From IMG/VR virus record IMGVR_UViG_3300027847_001698: DNA of 64,000 bases. The stretch is one strand, 5' to 3'. Numbering within the stretch: the stretch's first letter is position 1; each line of letters opens with the position of its first letter. The notes under the pieces were generated by a model. That model saw nothing but the letters and a program-made list of their open reading frames with translations, was not told the origin of the DNA and searched no databases. This document shows positions 28,718 through 38,193 of this stretch, in pieces. The DNA comes from a virus (taxonomy: Duplodnaviria; Caudoviricetes). The translations under genes were made by a program, and so were the position numbers.

Positions 28718-31234
28718 TTAAATACTCAGAACCACATCACTCTCAGCGTCTTGTGTATAAGAGTGTGTAATCAATGTAATGTTTTTATTGTTTGCTAACG
28801 CTTTTAAATTCTGACAAAAAGTAGAAGAATTAGCAGAATCAAGACTGTCTAATACTTCATCCAGTAAAATAATATTAAATGATTTATCATATAGATTTTC
28901 AACTAACTTTCGTAATACCATCATACAACAAACATCAATCTGACGTTTTTCCCCACCAGATAATAACTTATGACTATCTGCCCCTGTTTCTGTATTCAAT
29001 ACATTCACAGAAAATCTCTCTCTGATATCTCCACCTTTTGTTTCAGATAGGGTATCAAACGAGACTATAAATTTACCTGGTGCAATCTTTGTTAGTTCCT
29101 CACGAATTGTCTTATTCATAAAAGGAATAGATCCATCAATTAACATCGACGGTATTCCTTTATCAGAAAATGCAATTTTCCAAAACTTATAAACTTCCAG
29201 TTTTTTATTTCCCTTTTTTATAGAAGCGGCATAATTATTTTTTTCAACTGTCAATTCATTTAATTCACTCTTTACAGAATCTAATTTAGATTCATCTATA
29301 TCAGTATCTTCTTCCAACGTATAAAGCTCATTTCGATTAAAGTCTAAAGATGCTATAAGACGAACAATAGAAGCAGTCCTTCCTTCTATTTCAAGTTTAG
29401 ATTCTAACTGTTCAACTTTCTCTACTTGTATATTAAGCAAATCTGATTCAAGTGTATATTTGGATGATAGAAACTCATTTAATATTTCTTTAGACTCTGT
29501 TTTAGATTTAATATCTATTTCATCTTCTATCTTTATTTTAAATACTTCAAAATCAGATTTAAGTTTTTTCTTTTCAGATTCTATTTGAATAGACAACTTA
29601 GACTTGTTCTCTTGGCATTCATCCATTAGCATATCATATTTTTCATCAATAGCTTTATCGGTTTCTTTTCTGGCAACTATAATAATATCTAACTGTTGTG
29701 TAATATCTAATATACTTGTAGAATTATCTGTTTTCTTTTTATCTCCTGTAGCTAAGAGAGTACTAAGATCTTTCTCTACCTTCTCATTTTCATCTATGAG
29801 TTTTTGTTTATAATCAGCATATAATGTTTTGATGTTTAAGAATTCAGCCTTTATAGCTTCGATTCGATCAGTCTTTTCATTAATTAATTTCTCAATCAAT
29901 TCAGATTGTTCTTGTAAATGTTGTTTATGGCTATTGTCCTCTACCTTTTGATTACACATTAAACATGTATCAAAATCAATTTGGACTTGATGCCTTTTTT
30001 CATTTACTTCACCATTAAGAGCTTTAGCCTCTTGTTTAAGATCCTCTGACTTCTTTATAAGAGAATCAATTTGATCTTGAATGTCATATACATTAACTGA
30101 CTTATTCTTTCGTGCTTTTTCAATATCATATTGTTGACTTAAAAGAACCTTCCCTCTCTCCAATTCAATAAGATCAGATTTCAATTTAGATTCGTTATCA
30201 AACGATCCTTTAATAGAAGTTTGAGTCTCTTCCGCCTTTTGACTTGTCAAGATAGTTAATGTGTCAGCCAATGTTGTGAGCTTTTGTCCCAATGTTTCAC
30301 GGGTATTCGAGAAACTAGTGTCTAACTCATTTTTCATTTTAGACAAGATATCATCTTTTTCTCTTACTAGCTTACTGATAAGATTCTCTTGTTTCTTCTC
30401 TTTAGCTTCTTCCAATCCAAATAATTCATCTGACATTTTAACTATATCTACATCTATATGGACTAGTTTTTTATTTATAGAATCCAGATCTTTCTTTGTT
30501 TTATCTTCATCAAGATCGTTAAGATCCTTTTCCATTAACGGTATTCTAATAGTCAAATCTTTAATTCTATTAGCAAGATCATCTTTCTGTGCCTGAATAA
30601 ATGCAGATGTTTCAGTCAACAGAGTTTCTTTTTCTTCAAGTCTAACTTCTATTTTGTCAAACTCTCTACTCTGATTATCAACTTCTATAGTGAGAGTTTT
30701 AGAATCTTCGTCTATATATTCTTTATATCTTTTCCATTCCTCAAGTTGTAGGATAGATGAAAAAATTTGCTTTTGTTGAGAATCATTCAACGACGTAAAG
30801 AAATCCTTAACTTGCTGAGAAAAATAAATACTATTTAAAAAAACTTGTTTAGGAACTAAAATCTGCTCTATTCTCTTATATGTATCAGTTGTAGTTTTCC
30901 CTGAAATGTCAGTTCCATTCAGATACAAATACAACTTATTAGAATGTTTAGAATGTTTATAATAACGCTTTATTAGATATTCATCAGTGTCCACTAGAAA
31001 ATCTACTTCTACTTCGAGATTTTTCCCTTCCTTTTTATTTACTAAATCTGGAAGTTCAATTCCTTCTGCTGTTTTCCCATATAAGGCAATCATTAAAGCC
31101 ATAAAATAAGAAGACTTTCCTTTACCATTTGGTCCAACAATAGATACTAATTTATTATTAGGGAATTCTAATTCTGTTTCAATGTGACATCTAAAATTTA
31201 CTAACTTTACTTTATTAAATTGGATATTTTTCAT
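28718..31234 (-). CDS. sbcC: SbcC/Rad50 (T4 gp46-like) ABC ATPase
   Basis: GPNGKGKSS, long coiled coil with CLMC zinc hook, LSGGEKRQI, LLDEVLDSLD, ITH. Confidence 0.95.
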   Translation of the reverse strand: MKNIQFNKVKLVNFRCHIETELEFPNNKLVSIVGPNGKGKSSYFMALMIALYGKTAEGIELPDLVNKKEGKNLEVEVDFLVDTDEYLIKRYYKHSKHSNKLYLYLNGTDISGKTTTDTYKRIEQILVPKQVFLNSIYFSQQVKDFFTSLNDSQQKQIFSSILQLEEWKRYKEYIDEDSKTLTIEVDNQSREFDKIEVRLEEKETLLTETSAFIQAQKDDLANRIKDLTIRIPLMEKDLNDLDEDKTKKDLDSINKKLVHIDVDIVKMSDELFGLEEAKEKKQENLISKLVREKDDILSKMKNELDTSFSNTRETLGQKLTTLADTLTILTSQKAEETQTSIKGSFDNESKLKSDLIELERGKVLLSQQYDIEKARKNKSVNVYDIQDQIDSLIKKSEDLKQEAKALNGEVNEKRHQVQIDFDTCLMCNQKVEDNSHKQHLQEQSELIEKLINEKTDRIEAIKAEFLNIKTLYADYKQKLIDENEKVEKDLSTLLATGDKKKTDNSTSILDITQQLDIIIVARKETDKAIDEKYDMLMDECQENKSKLSIQIESEKKKLKSDFEVFKIKIEDEIDIKSKTESKEILNEFLSSKYTLESDLLNIQVEKVEQLESKLEIEGRTASIVRLIASLDFNRNELYTLEEDTDIDESKLDSVKSELNELTVEKNNYAASIKKGNKKLEVYKFWKIAFSDKGIPSMLIDGSIPFMNKTIREELTKIAPGKFIVSFDTLSETKGGDIRERFSVNVLNTETGADSHKLLSGGEKRQIDVCCMMVLRKLVENLYDKSFNIILLDEVLDSLDSANSSTFCQNLKALANNKNITLITHSYTQDAESDVVLSI

Positions 31235-32238
31235 TCTGCCCTAGATTCTATACTTTCACATGCTAATTTCATATACTCAGGATCAGTTATTTCCATTATT
31301 TCTGCATACTTTTCAATTTTCTCTTTCCAGTTCATTGAAATATCAATGCCACGATTAGAGATATCTATAATATCAGATTCATCAATAACTGAGATATTGT
31401 TATCATTTTCTTCAATTTTGTTTTTAGTCTTCTTTCTAATTCTTACGTTATGACCATCAGCTTTAGATATAGATGCTTCTTCTAATATTTTTTTTGTATC
31501 AGAATCGTCATCTAATATATACTCTCTATATTCGGTAAATCCACTCACCTTAATAGCTTCCACTTCTAATGTTTCAGTATCATAAATTAAAAAACGTTTA
31601 TCTTCATTTTTATCATTCCATGATGTATGAATAGGACTTCCCACATACATTAATCGGGTAGTTTCATTCTTTATTTCTTGAGGTTTATGATAATGACCCA
31701 ATAAAATAAGTTTGAATTTTGAAAGATGTCCCATGTTTAAATTAGACATAATCGATATCCCGGACTGAAGTTGCGCCTCTGATAGCCCAAAATGACCTAA
31801 CAGAATATCACAGGCTTCAGCCTCAAGGATATCGACTACCATAGTACTGGACCAGGGGACCAGTAATACGTTATCTAATTTAATTGTCTCTGTATAACAA
31901 CTAACATTTGAATATCCTTCAAACGCCGATATGCTTGAAGTTTTATGATCACCAATACTAGATAAATCATGATTTCCTGATATGATCAAGAACTCTAAAT
32001 CTGAATAATCTAATATTATATCTTTGAATGCATTCTGTGCGTCTGTAAAAATTATATTCTTGTCATGATTTAGATCGCCAAGAATATCAATATTTTTTAT
32101 CTTCTCTTTTCGTGCGTAATCACAAACCTTTCTTATCAATGAAATAAGATCGCTTAATCTTTTAGGTAGTCCATCTTCTTGGATATTAGAATCTCTATAC
32201 CAAGACAGATGTAAATCCGCTAAGGCAATTCTTTTCAT
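31231..32238 (-). CDS. sbcD: SbcD/Mre11 (T4 gp47-like) nuclease
   Basis: ADLHL, ILGDLNH, SGNHD, GHF, LGHYHKPQ, YVGSP. Confidence 0.93.
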   Translation of the reverse strand: MKRIALADLHLSWYRDSNIQEDGLPKRLSDLISLIRKVCDYARKEKIKNIDILGDLNHDKNIIFTDAQNAFKDIILDYSDLEFLIISGNHDLSSIGDHKTSSISAFEGYSNVSCYTETIKLDNVLLVPWSSTMVVDILEAEACDILLGHFGLSEAQLQSGISIMSNLNMGHLSKFKLILLGHYHKPQEIKNETTRLMYVGSPIHTSWNDKNEDKRFLIYDTETLEVEAIKVSGFTEYREYILDDDSDTKKILEEASISKADGHNVRIRKKTKNKIEENDNNISVIDESDIIDISNRGIDISMNWKEKIEKYAEIMEITDPEYMKLACESIESRAE

Positions 32239-32294
32239 AATCTAAAAAATTTAAACTCCTTTTTGTTTATTCTAAAAGTCGTACAATCTTATCT

Positions 32295-33161
32295 TTACAA
32301 CAGTGTTAGAATCTCAGTGTCATCGTCATCATCTGCACCGTGTTGTATTCCCGCAGAATTTACAGCCTCTTCTTGGCTAATGACATCATGATCCATCAAT
32401 AATACATAATCTTGCAAACAAGCACTTCCATCTTCCATTGATTCCATTGCTTGTTCTAATCTTTCTCTCAACATATCAGCGGGATCTACAATAGGAATGT
32501 TCATTCCTAGAAAATCTTCACGGTTTCCTACCATTCCTGTCTGATGCTTTACTTGGCCATGGGAATTATAGTTATAATGTCCAGTATGAACAACTGCTTT
32601 TTGTTGATAGACCTTTTTACTAACTTTCTCAAGATCAAGATCAAACTTTTTAGTATTTATAATATTAATATCCAACGGTAGTTGAATTCTACCAACTGGA
32701 CTATTAATATTAATTATACCTGAATGAATAATTCTATTCACAAACAATAGAGAAAATTCATGATTAACATTGATATACTCATCATCGGTGCCTGAGAATT
32801 TTGTACAACCAGAAGGATGTCTATGAATTACTCCATTGAACCCCGCTGGTGCTTCTTCTTTAAAATCTATAGTTGCAGCAGTTACTTCTTGTTCAGGAAG
32901 CATCCACTTATTTTCCAGCATTAATATGCCATCGACAACCTTACCCTTTAAATACAATGCAAATTCAACAGAAGAATCTGGAAGATCATATTGGATTTGT
33001 AACATGACTTCCTGTAAATCACTTGGAATTACGACATCTACACTGTTGATTATTTGTAGAGCAGGATTTTCATTTTTCCAAACTACTTCCCCCGAACTCT
33101 TTTTTATTTTCATGTCTGCTTTAGACGTATCTACTGATTCATCCTTTATGGTCGTTAGCAT
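32295..33161 (-). CDS. JAB/MPN (JAMM) metallo-isopeptidase
   Basis: Glu in VEFALY plus HRHPSGCTKFSGTD, an exact H-x-H-x7-S-x2-D match. Confidence 0.88.
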   Translation of the reverse strand: MLTTIKDESVDTSKADMKIKKSSGEVVWKNENPALQIINSVDVVIPSDLQEVMLQIQYDLPDSSVEFALYLKGKVVDGILMLENKWMLPEQEVTAATIDFKEEAPAGFNGVIHRHPSGCTKFSGTDDEYINVNHEFSLLFVNRIIHSGIININSPVGRIQLPLDINIINTKKFDLDLEKVSKKVYQQKAVVHTGHYNYNSHGQVKHQTGMVGNREDFLGMNIPIVDPADMLRERLEQAMESMEDGSACLQDYVLLMDHDVISQEEAVNSAGIQHGADDDDDTEILTLL

Positions 33162-33909
33162 TGTACACTTCCTCTGTTACCGGTTGTTGATCTACATTCT
33201 GGCCCAAATAAATTCCTTCTAATAATCGTCCTGTATCAAATGTTATAAGTTTATTAAATAAGTTATCTTTATCATTGCATGAAAAACTTCCATCGTCAAT
33301 TAATGAGTATTTTGGCATTAGAATGTGATTACATACCAAATTTGCAACTAATTGAGCAGAGCAAACAAAAGAAGGAACTATATCATAATTCCCCCGTGCA
33401 CTCGTACCCATTACAGTTGTATGTCTTGGATTTCCGTCTATTGTAACAGACAATCCATCATAACCTAATTTCCAAACCTTTGTATGTTCTGAAAACTGCT
33501 TTATATCTTTAAAGATATTATCTCTACAATCTATAACTACCTCTGGGTAACTCCCCTTCCCCTTAAGTACTTCCAATGAGTTTTCATCATACTTTTCATT
33601 ATATATAACTATATCAATATCAATTCTTCTTTCAAGGATAAGCTCTAATACTACATCTGTTTTATTTCTTCCAATATCACATATTCTAAATAACGTTCTA
33701 TTCAGATTAGTATTTTCAATTGTATCCGAATCGTACATAACTAGTTTCTTAATTTGGCCAGTTAACGCCAAATTAAGAGCAACCCATGAACCTATTCCGC
33801 CAAGTCCAATTACTAGTGCACAATTATATTCTCTAAGATTTAATGATCGTTGTCTGTCACGTACTTCTTCTCCCCGATCATTAACTATATTATAAATTGA
33901 TTGTGTCAT
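33139..33909 (-). CDS. ThiF/MoeB/E1-like adenylating enzyme (module 1)
   Basis: VIGLGGIGS, YDSDTIENTNLNRTLF, DIGRNKT, VIDCRDN. Confidence 0.92.
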   Translation of the reverse strand: MTQSIYNIVNDRGEEVRDRQRSLNLREYNCALVIGLGGIGSWVALNLALTGQIKKLVMYDSDTIENTNLNRTLFRICDIGRNKTDVVLELILERRIDIDIVIYNEKYDENSLEVLKGKGSYPEVVIDCRDNIFKDIKQFSEHTKVWKLGYDGLSVTIDGNPRHTTVMGTSARGNYDIVPSFVCSAQLVANLVCNHILMPKYSLIDDGSFSCNDKDNLFNKLITFDTGRLLEGIYLGQNVDQQPVTEEVYNANDHKG

Positions 33910-33915
33910 TATAAA

Positions 33916-36039
33916 TCACTCGTTTGTTGAGTTTGTTGAATATCTAATGTCCGGTGAATTATCTATATATTGTATACAATCTGACGCGGATACTATTTTA
34001 TCCTTTATATTCTTATATGCCTCCTTTTCCCAATCTTTAGGTATTATGTCAGATTCTTTAGTCTTCTTTTTGGGTGGAGTTAATAACAATCCAAACTTTT
34101 TCCTTACTGTTTCTGAGAGAAATCCCCATGCCCTACAAATGACATCTCCACCTAATAATGAAAGATTCATGATCACCTTTTCAAAAGTTTCAGGATCATT
34201 AAAAAGCATTGGTCGGGTATATGAATTTTTACAATAGAAATATAAAGGTTTATCACTATCGTGGGAACCATCAGGCAAAAATACACCTATAACAGTTACA
34301 CCATTAGGATGTACCCAAGTTAATCTTCTATCAGAGTTTAAGATGAAAGATGATGAAACAGTTTCGGCATTACGCATTTGATCTAAAATTCGTATATATA
34401 CAGATAATTCTTCAACATCAATTTTATCATCTATAGCCTCTTTAATTACGTCTACATCTATTAATTTGCCGTCCTTAATAATTTCAACTTCATCTTTTCC
34501 ATTTATTGTTCTTGAGGGAGACAGCCCTCTATTATCATCCTTTTCATCATCTATTATTAAATCTCCTGCACCAATAGCAATCATTTTAGATTTAGATGAT
34601 TTTTTAGATACTTTAAGAAATTCTGATTCTGATTTGCATTTAACCTTTAATATTTTGTGATAATACGATTCATTATAAGCACTATCATAATTTAGAATCT
34701 GTAATAACGATTCCATTTTTATTAAATGCTCTTCAATTTTTTCCGTGGGTCCAGAAAATTTAATATTTCCTAAATCACCTAAGCATACTGAACCATCAGA
34801 AGATACATTTGGATGGGTGGATTCTGTAAAAGAAAATCCATCTCCATTAATATATAACCATTTTACTCTAAACATTCTTAACTCTTTAGGAATTATTTTA
34901 CAAACACCATCTCTAAAAAATCGATCAGGTAATATATCTATCTTCTTTTTCCATAACAAATTAGATCTATAATTACTACTAAATCGTTCATGGGTAGCTA
35001 CTTCCCATCCATATTTAGTTAACAGACCAGATATAGTCAATCCTCTATGAAACGATTGTTGTGAGCTGTCTCGATTTTCATTTGAAGCTCGTTCTAATAC
35101 TTTGGTTAATAAACTTGCATATATTTCAGATTTCCCTGATTGATAGATTGTGTCCCACTCTGCGGTAGCCATAGTGCGTTTTAATTCTTTCAAAATCCCT
35201 TCGGAATCTAAAGTAAAGTCTGCATCTGATGGGGAATATTTACATTCCTCTAATCTCTTTATAAGTTTACATATAGATTCATCTTTTCCGTCAGCTTCCC
35301 AATGTTTAATATCTATATCATGAAGTCTATTATGAACGAATGTAATTCGATCAAGAATGTTTTCTAGTAATACATTAACCTTTTCTACATCTCTTGATCG
35401 TCCACTTCTCATCAAATATCTTAATACTGGCCATTTTATATAAGTGGTTCCATCCACACACATAAACCCAACTAAAACTGAATTAGTTCCAACAAAGAAG
35501 ACCTCTGATACTAAACTATCTTTGACATCACAAATATCTTGTAATAATCTTGAATTTACAACTGAAGTAAGATTTGCAAATCCTGGATTTCTAAATCTCA
35601 TATTTGGACATATATTGACACATAATTTTCTAAATGTTACATCGGAATCATTTAAAGGAGTTCCTAAATATTTAGAAAATGACGTAGCCATACTTGCATG
35701 TGAAACTCTAGGATTACATGTAATATATTTTAAAAGATCACTAAGTCCAAAGTTTGTTATAACTAACTTGTGATTCATCTTTAATGACTTACCATATTCA
35801 TCCAAGGTTAGCTGTTCGTCATAAACTAGACTATATGAATTCAACCTATGGGTGTCACCTGGATCGTCAGATATGACATCTCTTACTACTACATTATTTA
35901 CCAAATCTAAATATTTATCATTTACCAAAAGTTTAGAAAGACATTTATTTAGCTTTTCTATAAATCTTCGTTCAAATGTATAATCTCTATGGTTATCTGG
36001 GGTAAACAAACGAGAAAGGGTTTCTTGTGTTCTGCTCAT
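33916..36039 (-). CDS. Large multidomain protein containing a prokaryotic E2/UBC-like domain (module 1)
   Basis: STHPNVSSDGSVCLGDL (Cys codon 34783-34785) followed by LLQILNYDSAY; preceded by a coiled-coil-like segment. Confidence 0.75.
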   Translation of the reverse strand: MSRTQETLSRLFTPDNHRDYTFERRFIEKLNKCLSKLLVNDKYLDLVNNVVVRDVISDDPGDTHRLNSYSLVYDEQLTLDEYGKSLKMNHKLVITNFGLSDLLKYITCNPRVSHASMATSFSKYLGTPLNDSDVTFRKLCVNICPNMRFRNPGFANLTSVVNSRLLQDICDVKDSLVSEVFFVGTNSVLVGFMCVDGTTYIKWPVLRYLMRSGRSRDVEKVNVLLENILDRITFVHNRLHDIDIKHWEADGKDESICKLIKRLEECKYSPSDADFTLDSEGILKELKRTMATAEWDTIYQSGKSEIYASLLTKVLERASNENRDSSQQSFHRGLTISGLLTKYGWEVATHERFSSNYRSNLLWKKKIDILPDRFFRDGVCKIIPKELRMFRVKWLYINGDGFSFTESTHPNVSSDGSVCLGDLGNIKFSGPTEKIEEHLIKMESLLQILNYDSAYNESYYHKILKVKCKSESEFLKVSKKSSKSKMIAIGAGDLIIDDEKDDNRGLSPSRTINGKDEVEIIKDGKLIDVDVIKEAIDDKIDVEELSVYIRILDQMRNAETVSSSFILNSDRRLTWVHPNGVTVIGVFLPDGSHDSDKPLYFYCKNSYTRPMLFNDPETFEKVIMNLSLLGGDVICRAWGFLSETVRKKFGLLLTPPKKKTKESDIIPKDWEKEAYKNIKDKIVSASDCIQYIDNSPDIRYSTNSTNE

Positions 36040-36046
36040 ATTAAAT

Positions 36047-36080
36047 AAAAAAGGTGGCTAGAGATTTATCCCTAACCACC
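36047..36080 (-). terminator. Intrinsic terminator between the Ubl-fusion gene and the E2 gene
   Basis: Minus strand GGTGGTTAGGGA-TAAA-TCTCTAGCCACC-TTTTTTATTT: 12-bp stem (two G-U pairs), 4-nt loop, U tract. Confidence 0.85.
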
Positions 36081-36101
36081 CTCCTCTATTTATATAATTG
36101 C

Positions 36102-36710
36102 TTACGCAGCTTTATTTACTTTGCCGACTTTCAACGAAAGAATACGACCTTCACCCAGAACGATATCAGTCTTACCGGAAATGTCGGTATTAGTTTTGAC
36201 ATCAGAAACAGCAAACGAGGCCATTCCTTGTTCAGTGGCATAAGTACTAATCGCGGAGAGGGTGTCATTTGCGTCCTCAACCTTGAACTTTGGTTCGCCG
36301 TTGATTACCAAAAGATACGCACCGTCAGCGAGAGACACCTTATAACCTTTCGGAAATGCCTTGTTTGGCGGGCAGTGAACATGAACACGTCCACTCTTTT
36401 TCTTTGCTGTAAACCCAGACAATGTATCAGCAGTCAATGAAGCAGGAGAACCAACCTTGACCATGGGCTTCTTAGATGCTTTGATAGTTGTCACTCCGCT
36501 GGTTCCACTTCCTGCAGAATACGTCACAAATCGACCACCATTATAAACAGAAAGCGTTCCATTTTCTACTAATGTGGTCAGTTCTTCCTTCAGCGATGCT
36601 GATGCCTTTGATGTAAAAAGTACATCCTTGGATATTCTGGTTGCGGTTGAGTTTTCGTTTTTCTTGACATACAACACGACTTTATTACTTACACTTTTTG
36701 TTAGTGACAT
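36102..36710 (-). CDS. Winged-helix + basic linker + C-terminal ubiquitin-like (beta-grasp) domain fusion, ending NKAA
   Basis: Residues ~5-60 fit a wHTH pattern. The last ~72 residues (AYLLVING.PKFKVED.helix.SFAV...DIVLGEG.RILSLKVGKV-NKAA) fit beta-grasp topology with a free small-residue tail. The gene directly precedes E2-E1-JAB. Confidence 0.55.
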   Translation of the reverse strand: MSLTKSVSNKVVLYVKKNENSTATRISKDVLFTSKASASLKEELTTLVENGTLSVYNGGRFVTYSAGSGTSGVTTIKASKKPMVKVGSPASLTADTLSGFTAKKKSGRVHVHCPPNKAFPKGYKVSLADGAYLLVINGEPKFKVEDANDTLSAISTYATEQGMASFAVSDVKTNTDISGKTDIVLGEGRILSLKVGKVNKAA

Positions 36711-36744
36711 AAGGGTATAATTCCTTGGTTAAAAATAAAGAATC

Positions 36745-38193
36745 CTATTTTAATATCTTTTCTTCTATTTGCCAATTCTTTTCTGTATAGAATCCAATCC
36801 GGTACTTTGCCCGATTGATCAAATTATCATCTCCTATATCGACTAAATCTATTACGACTGGTTGTTGTTTATCTGGATGAGATCTAACAACCCGCCCAAC
36901 AGCCTGTTCTAAATTAGAAACAGGAGTAGCCAATATTAAACAATCTAATATTTCTTTATTAGTACCGTCTCTAGCACTTCCATAAGTACTAAAAACTAAT
37001 CTACGCTGTAGATGAGCATCACGCTCATTCTTCGATCTTGGGATGAAGAAACCTACTTCTTCTTTGTTTTTACATGCCTGCGAGGCATGATCTAAAATTT
37101 TAATTCTATCTGCCAAAAATAATAAGTGTCTGGTCGACTTAGACACTTCCATGACCAATTTTTTTATAGCTTTTTTATACGGCTCGGACTTGACTAACAA
37201 ACTCAAATATCTAGCCGTGTCAAAAAACGGTTTAATATTGTTATCCCGATCGTACTTTGTAAGATGTGTAATGTAATTTTTATGATTTTTCATAACACCA
37301 TGATCAAATTTCAATAAGATCACTTTCGGTGCCATAGTGTCTATACCCGAGGAAACCGGTACGTATACCTGTCCAAGATGTTTATATATTATATCTGTAT
37401 TTCCATCTAATCTACTTGGAGTAGCAGACAAACCATAGATTCGTTTAGATGGAATCCAAATCGAAGTTCTAGAAAACTGTTCAGCACTTACCGAAGTATG
37501 ACATTCATCCCATATAGCAATTCCAATTTGTGCATCATTCAATACCTTCTTCATTAGTTCGGGGGGCTTCCGCTTAACCAAACTACAAAATGTTTGAACA
37601 GTTGTGATTATTATATCCTTTTGCAAATCTTCCTCAAATGAAGAAGACCTAAGCCTAGAGATATTATCTTCCGATATATCTGTATGCTCTAAAAACTTAT
37701 CGACCCATTGACTAGCTAAAGAGTCCTTATGTACAAATATTATTGATTTTTTTCCAATTGTACATATCGAGTGGATGCTTACTACTGTCTTTCCTTCTCC
37801 AGGACTTAAACATAGTATACCATTAGTATTCGTTTCAAACCACTTGATCGACTCTTTCTGTCTTTCATTTCTTGGGACGACCTTGGAGGTTATACTTATA
37901 TCCTTCCCTACAATACTTCTATCTGTTATCTGAAACATTGCAGGGAGTTCATAAAAACGTGGAATCATTAATTCGCGAGTTGACTTATCTGTATCGTAAT
38001 ATTTTCTAATATCAACATTTGGAGCATCACTATCTGCCGTTTGTTGATATGACCTGGATTGTCTAGTCAAATCTCGAATTATTCTTGCAAACCATTCCTT
38101 GTCCTTATTGGAATCAACTGGAATTCGAATTGCAGAATCTTTTATGAGAGTTTGACTACATCCCATATTGCGCCCACGAATTAGGAGTTTCAA
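36745..38193 (-). CDS. SF2 helicase, UvsW/XPB-like
   Basis: LSPGEGKT, IWDECH, GLSATP, STY, EQAVGRVVR. Confidence 0.9.
   Translation of the reverse strand: MKLLIRGRNMGCSQTLIKDSAIRIPVDSNKDKEWFARIIRDLTRQSRSYQQTADSDAPNVDIRKYYDTDKSTRELMIPRFYELPAMFQITDRSIVGKDISITSKVVPRNERQKESIKWFETNTNGILCLSPGEGKTVVSIHSICTIGKKSIIFVHKDSLASQWVDKFLEHTDISEDNISRLRSSSFEEDLQKDIIITTVQTFCSLVKRKPPELMKKVLNDAQIGIAIWDECHTSVSAEQFSRTSIWIPSKRIYGLSATPSRLDGNTDIIYKHLGQVYVPVSSGIDTMAPKVILLKFDHGVMKNHKNYITHLTKYDRDNNIKPFFDTARYLSLLVKSEPYKKAIKKLVMEVSKSTRHLLFLADRIKILDHASQACKNKEEVGFFIPRSKNERDAHLQRRLVFSTYGSARDGTNKEILDCLILATPVSNLEQAVGRVVRSHPDKQQPVVIDLVDIGDDNLINRAKYRIGFYTEKNWQIEEKILK

Noticed and set aside
33139-33909. ThiF as a thiamine or molybdopterin biosynthesis gene
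   Set aside because: No thiS/thiG/moaD/moaE nearby, and the E2 and JAB neighbours point to protein conjugation.
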